From assembly GCA_030765865.1 (NCBI GenBank), contig JAVCDK010000035.1:291-64290 (forward strand): DNA of 64,000 nt. The letters run 5' to 3'. Made by a program: the position numbers and the translations under genes. The number at the start of each line of letters is the position of its first letter. The first letter of the stretch is position 1. The notes under the pieces were generated by a model. That model ran no database searches and was not told the DNA's origin. It saw nothing but the letters and a program-made list of their open reading frames with translations. Below, piece by piece: positions 16,856-27,707 of this stretch. This DNA comes from Candidatus Celaenobacter antarcticus (lineage in GTDB: Bacteria > Cloacimonadota > Cloacimonadia > JGIOTU-2).

Positions 16856-17208
16856 TGCAGCAGCATAGAGCAGAACGATTGAATAAACTTCTTCACCAAA
16901 CCCTCTCAAATATTATTGGTTTTGAACTTTGTGATAGTCGAATAGAGAATATCAATGTTGAGTATGTAATTGTATCTTCTGATATGCGGGATGCAACAGT
17001 TTTTTTTTCTGTTTTGGATGAAGAAAAAAAATTCGTGGCACTCGCCGGTTTGAACAATGCAAGTAAAGTGATAAGAAAGAAGCTTGCTGATTCATTAAAC
17101 CTGCGCTTCACACCAAGACTGCATTTCAAATTTGATACGCAGGAATCCAAAGCGCAGCATATTGAGGATATAATTAAGAAAGAGAGAAAAAGAAATGAAT
17201 CTGAATGA
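16855..17208 (+). CDS. rbfA: Ribosome-binding factor A
   Basis: 117 aa with an RbfA-like sequence (RAERLNKLLHQTLSNII...LRFTPRLHFKFD) and conserved synteny. Confidence 0.9.
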   Translation: MQQHRAERLNKLLHQTLSNIIGFELCDSRIENINVEYVIVSSDMRDATVFFSVLDEEKKFVALAGLNNASKVIRKKLADSLNLRFTPRLHFKFDTQESKAQHIEDIIKKERKRNESE

Positions 17209-18169
17209 ATTCAAAGAAACCCTTTCAAAATTGATCGGGAGCTACGATACTTTCATCCTTACCACTCATGAAAATTCAGATGCTGATGGTGTTGGCGCAG
17301 AGTATGCAATCTATCTTTATCTTGAAATGTTCGGAAAAAACGTGAGAATGATAAATAATGATAAGCCGTCATCTGAATGTGAGTTTTTTCATATTGGAAA
17401 TAAGGTCCATACCCGGATAGAAACTCTTGATACAAATGATATTGTCTTTATGCTTGACTTCAACGAGATAAATAGAGTTGGGAAAAGATTAATTCCATTG
17501 TTTACATCGGGCAACCAGATTGTAAGGATCGATCATCACAAGAAACCGGAGACAATGTCGAATTGCATTTCATATATTGATGATACAGCTTCTTCCACTT
17601 GCGAACTCGTGTTTAACATTATTGAGGATGAGCTTTCTCATTTTCCTGAAGAAGTGCAAAAACAGATCGCTCTTGCACTTTACAGCGGCATTATCTTTGA
17701 TACGAATAATTTTGCAAATAAAAATGTATCTCCCAGAACATTTGAAGTGTGTGCTCAACTCAATGCTTACGGTGCTGATAATCATCTCGCATATAAGAAA
17801 CTTTTTGAAAATAGAAAAACTAAGGAATTGCAGCTCCTCGGACTTACTCTTAGCAGTATCGAAGAATTCTATGATGGAAAGGTCGTTCTGTATTTTACTA
17901 CCCAAAAAATGCTTGAGGAGTCTGAGCTTCCGATAGAGGCAACGGAAGGTTTTTCTAAGGATGTCAAGCCGACAAATGGAAGAGAAGTTGTAGTTTATAT
18001 ACGCGAAACCGGAAAAAATACTTATCGTGTTTCCCTTCGCTCGGACCACAGGGATGTCCAAAAGATCGCTGAACATTTTGATGGCGGGGGACATATTCTG
18101 GCATCGGGTTTTCGTGCAAAAATGAAATTAACTGATCTGAAATCTGAATTATTATCTCTATTAAAATAA
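17195..18169 (+). CDS. nrnA: DHH/DHHA1 phosphoesterase (NrnA-like oligoribonuclease / pAp phosphatase)
   Basis: HENSDADGVG, IDHH and the C-terminal GGGH motif. Confidence 0.75.
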   Translation: MNLNEFKETLSKLIGSYDTFILTTHENSDADGVGAEYAIYLYLEMFGKNVRMINNDKPSSECEFFHIGNKVHTRIETLDTNDIVFMLDFNEINRVGKRLIPLFTSGNQIVRIDHHKKPETMSNCISYIDDTASSTCELVFNIIEDELSHFPEEVQKQIALALYSGIIFDTNNFANKNVSPRTFEVCAQLNAYGADNHLAYKKLFENRKTKELQLLGLTLSSIEEFYDGKVVLYFTTQKMLEESELPIEATEGFSKDVKPTNGREVVVYIRETGKNTYRVSLRSDHRDVQKIAEHFDGGGHILASGFRAKMKLTDLKSELLSLLK

Positions 18170-18179
18170 GATATTAAAT

Positions 18180-18899
18180 ATGCACGGTGTAGTTTTTATA
18201 GATAAACAAGCAGGAATGACATCTTTTGATGTGATCAAACGTCTGCGAAGTATCACACAGATTCGCAAAATTGGGCACGCAGGCACGTTAGACCCTTTTG
18301 CAACAGGTTTGTTAATAGTTTGTATAAGCAGGCAGGCAACGAAATTTATTGATGAATTTGCTCAATTAAATAAGACATATACTGCTGTGTTGAAACTTGG
18401 TGAAAAGACTGACACTGCTGATATTGAAGGAAAAATAATCGAAATTAAGGATATACCGGATAATGTTGAACAGAATATTGATGATGTATTCACTTCTTCG
18501 TTGGGTGAGATCGATCAGATACCACCTCAGTTTTCAGCAATAAAGAAAAATGGAGTCCGGTTGTATAAAACTGCAAGAAAAGGTATCCAGGTTGAAGTTG
18601 AACTAAGAAAAGTTTATATCCATTCTCTCTCATTTATGAATTATCAAAAACCTTATCTTGATTTCAGATCAACTGTATCCAAAGGCACATACATTCGGTC
18701 ATTAGGTGAGGATATTGCTGCCAAGCTCGGTACTGTGGGGCATCTCACAGAATTGAGGAGAGATTTTATTGGTCCATTCTCAGTTAAAAATGCACTGAGT
18801 TTGGGAAATATAAACAAAGAAATTCTTGAAAACTCAATACGACCTATTGAAGAAATTATTGCAACGGTGCAGGAATATAAAAATGAAAAATCTTCATAA
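18180..18899 (+). CDS. truB: tRNA pseudouridine(55) synthase TruB
   Basis: GHAGTLDPFATGLL catalytic Asp motif and IPPQFSAIKKNG. Confidence 0.9.
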   Translation: MHGVVFIDKQAGMTSFDVIKRLRSITQIRKIGHAGTLDPFATGLLIVCISRQATKFIDEFAQLNKTYTAVLKLGEKTDTADIEGKIIEIKDIPDNVEQNIDDVFTSSLGEIDQIPPQFSAIKKNGVRLYKTARKGIQVEVELRKVYIHSLSFMNYQKPYLDFRSTVSKGTYIRSLGEDIAAKLGTVGHLTELRRDFIGPFSVKNALSLGNINKEILENSIRPIEEIIATVQEYKNEKSS

Positions 18900-19821
18900 G
18901 ATTAAGAAGCATCTGATAAATCCTGTTGTCACTCTTGGCACTTTTGATGGAGTGCATATTGGTCATAAAGCTTTGCTTGAGAGAGTCGTGGAGCGAAAAA
19001 AAGCAATACATGGTGTTTCAATTGTTATCACATATCATCCTCATCCGATTGAGATTTTGAAGAAAAAAGTATATCCCTTCCTTCTTACAGAAAAGATAAA
19101 GAAAGAGCAATTCATGAAAGCAATCGGCGTTGACTACGTGCTTTGGCTTGATTTTGATATGAATCTTGCTCATCTTACTCCGGAAGAATTTGTGAGGGAT
19201 TATCTATACAATCAACTCGGAACAAAAGAGATAATTATTGGATATGACTGGCACTTTGGTAAGAACCGTGCCGGAGATTACCATTTTCTAAAAAAAATGG
19301 AGCAGGAGCTTAATTTTCATGTTGAGATGGTCAACGAAGTTTTTATCGATAATGAGATCGTCTCCAGCACAGCTATTCGGAAATATCTAAGCGAAGGTAA
19401 TATTCAACGAGCGAATAAAATGCTGGGACGGAATTATTGTATTATGGGAACTGTGGGAAAAGGCGATCATATCGGCACTGGATTCGGATACCCGACGATT
19501 AATCTTAAACCCGCTGAGATCAGGAAATTATATCCTGCCATCGGAGTGTATCTTACGAAGATAAAATATGCGCATGAGATGTTCTGGGGTCTCACCAATG
19601 TGGGTACAAGACCTACTATTGATAAAAATAATCGACAGAAAAATGTTGAGACACACATTTTAGATTTTAATGAGCACATCTACGAAAAGGAAATTGAATT
19701 ATTTTTTGTTCAGAAAATTCGTGATGAAGTTGAATTTGAATCAATAGATGCCCTGGTTGGTCAGATCAGAAATGATGAAATATATGCTCGTAAAATTATT
19801 GGGAAATTAAACAATGAGTAA
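18883..19821 (+). CDS. ribF: Bifunctional riboflavin kinase / FMN adenylyltransferase
   Basis: LGTFDGVHIGH, and a C-terminal kinase domain (GFGYPTINL, ETHILDF). The start is taken at MKNLHK (ATG 18883), overlapping the end of truB. Confidence 0.9.
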   Translation: MKNLHKIKKHLINPVVTLGTFDGVHIGHKALLERVVERKKAIHGVSIVITYHPHPIEILKKKVYPFLLTEKIKKEQFMKAIGVDYVLWLDFDMNLAHLTPEEFVRDYLYNQLGTKEIIIGYDWHFGKNRAGDYHFLKKMEQELNFHVEMVNEVFIDNEIVSSTAIRKYLSEGNIQRANKMLGRNYCIMGTVGKGDHIGTGFGYPTINLKPAEIRKLYPAIGVYLTKIKYAHEMFWGLTNVGTRPTIDKNNRQKNVETHILDFNEHIYEKEIELFFVQKIRDEVEFESIDALVGQIRNDEIYARKIIGKLNNE

Positions 19822-20518
19822 TTGCGCAATACTAACTGCTGCCGGGAGTGGGCAACGGATGCCCTCCTCGAAGAAGAAGCAATTTATTGAAATTGCCGGC
19901 AAACCAATTCTTCTTCATACCCTTGATAAATTCATAAAAGCGCTGTGCTTCGAAAAAATAGTCATAACCTGCCCGGCATCGGATATTGTATTTTTGAAAA
20001 ACCTGCTTTTTAGTAAATTTGATTATAATCCCGGTCAAATCTCAATAATCTCAGGCGGAAAAAAACGGCAGGATTCCGTGTATAATGCGTTAAAAATAAT
20101 TAATGAGACAACAGAGATCGTGGCAATCCACGATAGTGTCCGTCCTTTTGTGAAGATTTCAGGGATACTACAGAGTGTTGAATTAGCAAAAAAATATGGA
20201 GCAGTAACCCTTGCTCATCCTGTAAAAAATACGATAAAGCAGGTTAAGAACAGTAAGGTTCTCAAAACTTTGGAAAGAAAGAACTTATGGGAAATTTATA
20301 CCCCACAAACTTTTGCCTTTATGCTTATCAAAGAAGCTCATGAAAGGGCTGAATCTGAAAATATTACTGTGCGTGATGATGCTGAGTTAATAGAAAAAAT
20401 GGGGTACCAGGTTCATGTTCTCGAGGGTTCATCTCATAATATAAAAATCACCGACCATTTTGATCTCATGTTGGCAGAAAAATTATTTAAGGATCTCTAT
20501 GAAGAGAATACTCTGTAA
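19814..20518 (+). CDS. ispD: 2-C-methyl-D-erythritol 4-phosphate cytidylyltransferase
   Basis: AILTAAGSGQRM, GGKKRQDSV and IHDSVRPF motifs. Confidence 0.9.
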   Translation: MSNCAILTAAGSGQRMPSSKKKQFIEIAGKPILLHTLDKFIKALCFEKIVITCPASDIVFLKNLLFSKFDYNPGQISIISGGKKRQDSVYNALKIINETTEIVAIHDSVRPFVKISGILQSVELAKKYGAVTLAHPVKNTIKQVKNSKVLKTLERKNLWEIYTPQTFAFMLIKEAHERAESENITVRDDAELIEKMGYQVHVLEGSSHNIKITDHFDLMLAEKLFKDLYEENTL

Positions 20519-20629
20519 GCTGTTGCATGTGTGTAAGAATCCAACAATTCCTGTACCAACCTTTGATATGGGATTTGGTGTGCTTTACATGATCGTTTGG
20601 AATCTGCGTGTCATTTAGGAGGTAAAAAA

Positions 20630-21109
20630 ATGAAGATAGGTTTTGGATATGATGTACATAAATTAGTTAAGGGGAGAAAACTTATGCTGGGTGGGATTCA
20701 CATTCCATTTAATAAAGGTTTAATCGGTCATTCTGATGCAGATGCGCTCATTCACGCTATCATTGATAGCCTTCTCGGCGCTGCAAATCTTGGAGATATT
20801 GGCATACATTTTCCTGATACTGATGAAGCATATAAAAACATATCTAGCGCAATACTTCTAGAGAAAACAAAATTATTACTTCAAAAATCCAGATATAAAA
20901 TTATAAATATCGATGCAACTATTGTTCTGGAAAAACCGAAGTTGACTACCTATATTGTTGATATGAAGGAAATTATTGCTGACAAACTTGACATAACAAG
21001 CACACAAATCTCGATTAAAGCTACTCGAGAAGAGGGGATGGGATTTGTCGGAAATGGCGAAGGCATAAAGGTTTTCGCTGTATGTTTAATTGAAGAATCT
21101 AATATATGA
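20630..21109 (+). CDS. ispF: 2-C-methyl-D-erythritol 2,4-cyclodiphosphate synthase
   Basis: MKIGFGYDVHKL and GHSDADALIHAIIDSLLGA. The start is taken at ATG 20630. Confidence 0.9.
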   Translation: MKIGFGYDVHKLVKGRKLMLGGIHIPFNKGLIGHSDADALIHAIIDSLLGAANLGDIGIHFPDTDEAYKNISSAILLEKTKLLLQKSRYKIINIDATIVLEKPKLTTYIVDMKEIIADKLDITSTQISIKATREEGMGFVGNGEGIKVFAVCLIEESNI

Positions 21110-22362
21110 TAAAGAATAAGCATTTAGATATAATAATAAAAAATGCAAGTCAGATTGTAACGGCAACCTCGAATATACCTAAAACCGGATCAGCATTACA
21201 GAATTTAGGTATCATTGAAGGCGGTGCTATAGGTATTGCAGATGGAATGATTTCTTGTGTGGGGAATACAGAAGAAATTCTTAAAACCTTCACTGTAGAT
21301 ACAATTATGGATGCCTCTCAGAAAGTTGTCATGCCCGGTTTTGTTGATCCACATACTCATCCAATCTTTGTGAAAACCCGTGAAAATGAATTGGAGATGC
21401 GATTGCAAGGGAAATCATATAAAGAGATTTCACAAACTGGTGGAGGAATACGAGCCAGTATTCAAGATGTGAGAAATGCATCTTTAGAAGAACTTGTTGA
21501 TCTTGGAGTTAGACGTATCAATAAAATGCTTACAATGGGCACAACCACAATTGAAGCCAAAAGTGGGTATGGGCTTACTACAGAATCAGAGATCAAAATG
21601 CTTAATGCGATAAAAATGATCAATGAAATGTCAGATATGGAGATTATACCAACTTTTCTTGGGGCTCATGAGTATCCTGAAGAATATAAAGATGATCATG
21701 AGAAATATATTGAAATCTTGATTAATGAGATGCTTCCTGAAGTTAAAGAGCAGAGTTTAGCTGAATATTGTGATATTTTCTGCGAAGAACATGTTTTTAC
21801 AGTAAGTGAATCTCGAAAAATTCTGAATGCTGCAAAGGAACTTGGCTTCAAAATCCGATTTCATGCAGATGAACTTGAACCAATTGGAGGAGCTGAATTA
21901 GCAGCAGAAGTGAATGCTGTTTCTGCGGATCATCTTGTTGCTATTTCTGATAAGGGAATACAGAGTTTGAAAGAAGCTGGTGTTATCCCGATTCTTCTTC
22001 CAGCAACTACGTTCAGTCTGGGGCTTTCAAAATATGCTCCAGCGCGAAAGATGATAGATGCTGGTTTACCAATAGCACTTTCCACAGATTTCAATCCCGG
22101 TTCCTGTAATTGTGATTCGCAGCAATTTGTAACGAGCTTGGCTTGCCTTCAGATGAAAATGCTTCCTGCAGAAGCTATAAATGCAATCACTATCAATGCA
22201 GCTCATTCCCTGGAAAGGGGTAAACTTATTGGCTCACTTGAGGTTGGGAAACAGGCAGATGTTATTATTCTGGACATTCCGACCTATCAATATTTACCAT
22301 ATCACCTTGGAAGCAACACGGTGGAATCTGTGATCAAAAAAGGTAAAATAATAAAAAGTTAA
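21106..22362 (+). CDS. hutI: Imidazolonepropionase-like amidohydrolase
   Basis: PGFVDPHTHP, EAKSGYGL, HADE and DFNPGS motifs. Confidence 0.8.
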   Translation: MIKNKHLDIIIKNASQIVTATSNIPKTGSALQNLGIIEGGAIGIADGMISCVGNTEEILKTFTVDTIMDASQKVVMPGFVDPHTHPIFVKTRENELEMRLQGKSYKEISQTGGGIRASIQDVRNASLEELVDLGVRRINKMLTMGTTTIEAKSGYGLTTESEIKMLNAIKMINEMSDMEIIPTFLGAHEYPEEYKDDHEKYIEILINEMLPEVKEQSLAEYCDIFCEEHVFTVSESRKILNAAKELGFKIRFHADELEPIGGAELAAEVNAVSADHLVAISDKGIQSLKEAGVIPILLPATTFSLGLSKYAPARKMIDAGLPIALSTDFNPGSCNCDSQQFVTSLACLQMKMLPAEAINAITINAAHSLERGKLIGSLEVGKQADVIILDIPTYQYLPYHLGSNTVESVIKKGKIIKS

Positions 22363-22376
22363 ATGGATTATCAACT

Positions 22377-23708
22377 ATGAGAAAACATATTTTTATCGTA
22401 ATTTTAATCATGCTTCTGCCAGTCATTCTTGTAGCTCAATCGAAAATGGATTTGACCCAGTCGTCTTATCAGATGATTCAGTACAGTGTGTCCGTTGTTG
22501 GAAACGTACGTTATCCTGGAACTTATAGGTTACAAGCGGATCAACGTGTGTTTGATGCAATCAAACGCGCTAACACGTTTATTGACGAAAATGGAAATTT
22601 GCATTTTAGTCCACCGGAGAATTCGTCTACTCGAAATATCACATTAAAAAATAAGAATGGAGTTTCCTACATAGACATTGAGAGATTTCTCCGTCTTGGT
22701 GACGAAAAACATAATCCATATATTCACGATGGAGACATTATTATAGTACCTGCAATAGAAGAAAATATTATCATATCTGGTGCTGTAAATAATCCTGGTG
22801 AGTTAGAGCTTTTAAAAAATGATCGCATTCTGGATATTGTCATGCTTTCAATGGGACTATCTAATAATGCATATTTGGACTCAATTGAAGTTGTACGTTT
22901 TATAGACAATTCCTCAAACACCGAGATGATATTTGTAAATTTCAATGATATTCTTAATAATCCAGATAATGAACAAAACATACTTTTAAAGAATGATGAT
23001 CGAGTATTTGTAAGATCAATTCCCGAATATCATAGAAAAGAAGGGGTTGTAATTACTGGTGAGGTTGAGTTCCCTGGCGGTTATGCCATTGAAAACGGAA
23101 AGACAACTCTTCATGAGGTTTTGGTTGAATCTGGAGGGCCCACTGAGAAAGCTGATCTTCGAAATGCTTATCTCCAACGAAGAAGTAGCGAAGATGTTGT
23201 TGATCCCGAATATGAACGCTTAAAAATGATGCTTGTTGAAGATATGACTCCTCTTGAATATGAGTATTTCAAAACAAAGTCAAGAGAGATGAGAGGAAAG
23301 TTTGCCACAGATTTTCAGAAACTCTGGTTTGAGAATGATCCCGAGTTCAATTTCCTGCTAAAGACTGGTGACTATATTTATATTCCGGACAAAACTGTGA
23401 CAGTTACCATATCCGGACAGGTAAAAAATCCTGGCTTGGTCACTTATGTAGAGGGTAATAATTATCTCTATTATGTTGATAAGGCAGGTGGATTTGCCTG
23501 GCGAGCACGAAAAGGTAAGATACGTCTCATAAAAGCAAATACAGGTGAGTGGTTGAAACCTAATGAGAATACTCCAGTAGAAGTTGGTGATATGGTTTTC
23601 ATTCCTGAAAAACCAGAAATTGATTACTGGGTTTTAACAAAAGATATAATGACCATTGCTGCACAAATAGCGACAGTGATCATTGTGATACAGAATGTGG
23701 CGAAATAA
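22377..23708 (+). CDS. Polysaccharide export protein (Wza-like, SLBB repeats)
   Basis: Signal peptide and repeated GxVxxPGxY/SLBB-like modules (VVGNVRYPGTYRL, GAVNNPGELEL, GEVEFPGGYAI, GQVKNPGLVTY). Confidence 0.75.
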   Translation: MRKHIFIVILIMLLPVILVAQSKMDLTQSSYQMIQYSVSVVGNVRYPGTYRLQADQRVFDAIKRANTFIDENGNLHFSPPENSSTRNITLKNKNGVSYIDIERFLRLGDEKHNPYIHDGDIIIVPAIEENIIISGAVNNPGELELLKNDRILDIVMLSMGLSNNAYLDSIEVVRFIDNSSNTEMIFVNFNDILNNPDNEQNILLKNDDRVFVRSIPEYHRKEGVVITGEVEFPGGYAIENGKTTLHEVLVESGGPTEKADLRNAYLQRRSSEDVVDPEYERLKMMLVEDMTPLEYEYFKTKSREMRGKFATDFQKLWFENDPEFNFLLKTGDYIYIPDKTVTVTISGQVKNPGLVTYVEGNNYLYYVDKAGGFAWRARKGKIRLIKANTGEWLKPNENTPVEVGDMVFIPEKPEIDYWVLTKDIMTIAAQIATVIIVIQNVAK

Positions 23709-23727
23709 GTAAAAAGGAAAGCAATAA

Positions 23728-24924
23728 ATGGACAGTAAAGATAGAAGTATTGATTTTTTAGATGTATTAATGATTCTTGCAAGGCATAAAAAATTTATCA
23801 TCTTATCCGTTTTAATAATCAGCATTTTAGCTGTTGTTTATAGTATCTTAGCTTCACAATATTGGAGATCTACAGCTTCAATTTTACCAGCTGAAGAGAG
23901 GAAGAGTTCTCTTGCCTTGGATAGTTCACTTATGGGATTGGGTTCCGCAGTTCTCGGCGGTTCATTTCAATTGCAGGGAGTTGATCTTGTTACTATTATG
24001 AAAAGCAGGTCGTTTACGGATGATATCATTAAGGAATTTAATCTTATTGAATATTTCAAAATAAAGCATCCTGATTCTTTGGTTGTTTTTGAAAAGGCGA
24101 GAAAAAAATTCAACAATAAGGTAAAACATATTAGTCTGGATGAAGAAACAGGTTTGATTTCTATAACGATAGAAACAAAAGATAAGTATTTATCTACTGA
24201 AATTGCTAATTATTACTGGAAAAAATTAGAAAAATATAATCTTGAAAACCGTATGAGCAAAGGAAAGCAAAAGCGTATTTTTATTGAAAAAAGAATGTAT
24301 GAAGTCGAGGCAAGTATAGATTCGCTATCACATTTTCTCAATACTTTCCAAGAAAAAAATAACACTATTAATTTAGAAGAGCAGACAAAAGTTTTAATTG
24401 CACTTTATTCAGATTTGGTTGCACAACAGATTCAAACTAAAATCGAACTTGAATATCAAAGGACTTTTCTTGAGGAAAGTTCTCCCATTGTTACAAAATT
24501 AAGAAATAAACTCCAGTTGCTGAACAATCAAATCAAAAATATGGAAACAAATGAAGAAACCCAAGTTTCAAAATATACACTAGAGATTGATAGTATTCCA
24601 AATATTATGCAACAATATTCTGCAATATTGCTCGACCTTGAGATTCAGAAAAAGCTCTATGAATTTTTATACCCGCAGTATGAAGATGCAAAAATAGAAG
24701 AAATAAAAGATTTACCTACTATCGAGATTGTAGATGAAGCTGTTCCTGCAGGATTACGATTTCGTCCAAAAAGAGCACGAATTTGCATCATTATTTTCTT
24801 CTTGGCTCTTATTATTAGTTCCATATTAGTCTATACAAATTACTTATTACAAGAAACAGGCAGAGATCAGAAAATAAGACAGTTTTGGAGTCTACTCTTT
24901 AGAAAGCTACCTAGGAATGAGTAA
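23728..24924 (+). CDS. Wzz/GumC-like chain-length determinant protein (no kinase domain)
   Basis: An N-terminal and a C-terminal TM segment flank a long coiled-coil region. The N-terminus is Wzz-like (IDFLDVLMILARHKKFI). Confidence 0.7.
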   Translation: MDSKDRSIDFLDVLMILARHKKFIILSVLIISILAVVYSILASQYWRSTASILPAEERKSSLALDSSLMGLGSAVLGGSFQLQGVDLVTIMKSRSFTDDIIKEFNLIEYFKIKHPDSLVVFEKARKKFNNKVKHISLDEETGLISITIETKDKYLSTEIANYYWKKLEKYNLENRMSKGKQKRIFIEKRMYEVEASIDSLSHFLNTFQEKNNTINLEEQTKVLIALYSDLVAQQIQTKIELEYQRTFLEESSPIVTKLRNKLQLLNNQIKNMETNEETQVSKYTLEIDSIPNIMQQYSAILLDLEIQKKLYEFLYPQYEDAKIEEIKDLPTIEIVDEAVPAGLRFRPKRARICIIIFFLALIISSILVYTNYLLQETGRDQKIRQFWSLLFRKLPRNE

Positions 24925-26365
24925 ATTTGTAAAGTCTAGTGTTTGGAGCATTGGAGCTAATTTTTTTGTTCGAGCACTAAGTATAGTTACTTATCCTTTT
25001 TTGGTTAGGTATTTTCTAAGGTCGGATATTTCAATTTTTAAATCCTTACAATCATTCATATTTATTCTGGTCACAGTTATTCCATTTGGGACGAATTATC
25101 TGTATATCAGCTCAACCAAAGAAAACAGACTGAATCGATGGAATTTAGTCATTCTGGTTAGTATTATCAGCACATTGATTTTGGTCTTTCTATTTATGTT
25201 CGATAAACGAATTGTTAATTTCTTTATAAGAAATGAGATTAATAGTTTTTTAGCCAGCCTAATATTAATATTACCTTTCTTATCTTTAGTAAAATCTATT
25301 GCGCTCACTCAATTAACTAGCAATATGGATTTTAAGGAAATCTCATTAGCACTCATCATTAAACAAATATTACTTTATTCGCTCATCATTTGCGTTTCAC
25401 TTACAAATGCAAAATTTTCATTGTTGATCACTATCTTGATATTTACTGAAATCTGCGAAGGGCTTTTACTGATATTATTTTGCTATAAACAAAAGTTAAA
25501 AATCTTTCCCATAAAAGGTAAGAAAGTTTTTCCCATTGATAAAATTTCTAAGAAATTTCTATTATTTTCAGGGTTAGATCAAATTTTTATTGTTTTAGCA
25601 CTACAATTTCCAACGATTTTTGTTGTTATTGTAATGGGACCGGTATTAGCTCCTGAGTTTCAGCTTGCTCTATATGCAATTAATATCCCAGCTTCATTAA
25701 TTGCTTATCAGGTATCGAGGGTAATTTTTCCATATTTGTCAGAAAAACGAGATGATGAGAAGATGCGGAATACTTTATTGAGAATAGAGTTTATTATCTC
25801 AATTTTATTAATACCAATTTTATTTACAATCTCTTTTTTCTCAAAAGAAATCGTAAGTCTTGTTTTTGATAAATCATGGTCAAATGCAATGCTCGCTTTT
25901 ACTTTCTTACCAATAATGGTACTCGCAAGTGCCATTAATAATCCATTTTCTACAATTGCGGCGGTGAAAGAAAAGCCATATATTCAATTGGCTTATTCAG
26001 TTTGTTTGCTGGGAGGTAGAATTTTATCTATATATATAGGATTCAAACTTGCTGGTTTCATTGGTGCTTTGCTTCTTTTTATATCGATAGATGTTTTGGT
26101 AAGATCCTTACGTTTGATGATTGATATATACTTGATTAAGATGAAGATTATAGATTTTATAAAAAATATAAGATACACTCTTCTTTATGGTTTGCTCTTG
26201 GTCAGTTTCTCTCAATTGTTGATGTTAATGAGCAATCGTAAAGTTGTCGTTTTTATCTTATCCTTCTTAATATCTTCATCCATCGTTTTTGTTATAGAAA
26301 AGAAAAGAATCTTTGATAATATCAAAGTAATATTCCAGAGTTTTAAAAATGTATCAAGTATCTAG
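24917..26365 (+). CDS. Oligosaccharide flippase (Wzx/MOP superfamily)
   Basis: 482-aa polytopic protein with Wzx-like topology, located in the glycan locus. Confidence 0.65.
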   Translation: MSKFVKSSVWSIGANFFVRALSIVTYPFLVRYFLRSDISIFKSLQSFIFILVTVIPFGTNYLYISSTKENRLNRWNLVILVSIISTLILVFLFMFDKRIVNFFIRNEINSFLASLILILPFLSLVKSIALTQLTSNMDFKEISLALIIKQILLYSLIICVSLTNAKFSLLITILIFTEICEGLLLILFCYKQKLKIFPIKGKKVFPIDKISKKFLLFSGLDQIFIVLALQFPTIFVVIVMGPVLAPEFQLALYAINIPASLIAYQVSRVIFPYLSEKRDDEKMRNTLLRIEFIISILLIPILFTISFFSKEIVSLVFDKSWSNAMLAFTFLPIMVLASAINNPFSTIAAVKEKPYIQLAYSVCLLGGRILSIYIGFKLAGFIGALLLFISIDVLVRSLRLMIDIYLIKMKIIDFIKNIRYTLLYGLLLVSFSQLLMLMSNRKVVVFILSFLISSSIVFVIEKKRIFDNIKVIFQSFKNVSSI

Positions 26366-27707
26366 TAACACATTACCAAACAAGATTTCTCTCAAAAACA
26401 AATATATTATATTTTTAATCACCATTATTATGGCTTATGGTTTTGGGATATATCCATTTGAATCAACTGTGTTATTATCATTTTTATTGCCATTTATTCT
26501 TTTATTGATCAATAAAAAATTGGGTTTATTTTACTTAATTTTATCTTTACCGATTCTAAAAAAACTCATGTATTATGTTGCTGATGGTGGAGCATCTATT
26601 ATTTTTTACGGAAGTTTTGCGCTGGGTATTGGATTTATTATTTATGATAATATTATTCAAGGTGTTAAAATTCGTTTTTCTCTTTCAAAACTGGATGTTT
26701 TACTGATACTATTTACAATTTATTGTTTTGTTTCGCTAAGTTTATTTGGCGCTTCAGATTATGGTTATGCAAAGTACTTTGTCTTTTTTACCTCAATTTT
26801 AACAATATACATTTTAATAAATTATATCAAGTCTGAACAAGACATTCGGTACTTCTTTTATGCAATTTATCTATTTGGGATTGTTCTCCTTATTTATTCA
26901 TTATTAAAAATTTCTGATCTACAATTATATTACAGTGTAACGTATCGAGGAAGATTTACCGTTCTTGATATTAATCCAATATGGATAGCTCGGTATTTTT
27001 CATTTTCCTTGTTTATTGGAGTTTACAAAATTATCAAGTTGAGCAATGATTTTATATCAAATCTGGGAAAGATATTAATTCTTATTATAATTTCAATTTT
27101 TCAATTTTATTTTATCCTTATTTCAGCTTCACGAGGGCCTTTGTTATCAATTATTATAGCATTGTTCGTAAGTTTTCTTATTAATAAACGAATCAAGTTC
27201 AAATATATCCTCTACGTACTATTATTTGCAATTTTCCTAATTGTTATAATACTTACAGTTACCCCTCCGGACTTTCTTGATAGAATATTGGGTAGGAATA
27301 CACTTAGCCAGAATACAATGTTAGTAAGAATATTTGCGAATTATGAAGCATTAAGATTGTTTATACAAAATCCAATATTTGGTATTGGCTTTGGGAATTT
27401 CACTTTTGGCGGTGGAATTTTTACGGTTCTTATTTATCCTCATAATATTTTTTCTGAGATTATGTCCGAAACAGGAGTGATTGGTCTCATTTTGTTCTTA
27501 GGCATAATTATCACTACTTTTACTTACTTGAAGCGAATTAATAAGAAGCTTGATGCAAGTATCTATAATCAGTTATTTGGTCTCTTTATTGCATCTTTTA
27601 TTAATGCCAATTTAAGCGGCCATATTGGTGCAAATGTGTATCTGTTTATAACAATTGGTTTGATTTACGCATCATACCTGTTTGCTATAAAATATAATAA
27701 AACATGA
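26349..27707 (+). CDS. O-antigen ligase/polymerase-like (Wzy) membrane protein
   Basis: 452-aa polytopic protein with SASRGPLLS and PHNIFSEIMSETG motifs, typical of the O-antigen ligase family. Confidence 0.65.
   Translation: MYQVSSNTLPNKISLKNKYIIFLITIIMAYGFGIYPFESTVLLSFLLPFILLLINKKLGLFYLILSLPILKKLMYYVADGGASIIFYGSFALGIGFIIYDNIIQGVKIRFSLSKLDVLLILFTIYCFVSLSLFGASDYGYAKYFVFFTSILTIYILINYIKSEQDIRYFFYAIYLFGIVLLIYSLLKISDLQLYYSVTYRGRFTVLDINPIWIARYFSFSLFIGVYKIIKLSNDFISNLGKILILIIISIFQFYFILISASRGPLLSIIIALFVSFLINKRIKFKYILYVLLFAIFLIVIILTVTPPDFLDRILGRNTLSQNTMLVRIFANYEALRLFIQNPIFGIGFGNFTFGGGIFTVLIYPHNIFSEIMSETGVIGLILFLGIIITTFTYLKRINKKLDASIYNQLFGLFIASFINANLSGHIGANVYLFITIGLIYASYLFAIKYNKT

Noticed and set aside
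21106-22362. hutI-like gene without hutH/hutU neighbours as evidence for a novel pathway.
   Set aside because: Stand-alone imidazolonepropionase-like amidohydrolases are common, and the hut partner genes may lie elsewhere in the genome. Nothing in the sequence is unusual.
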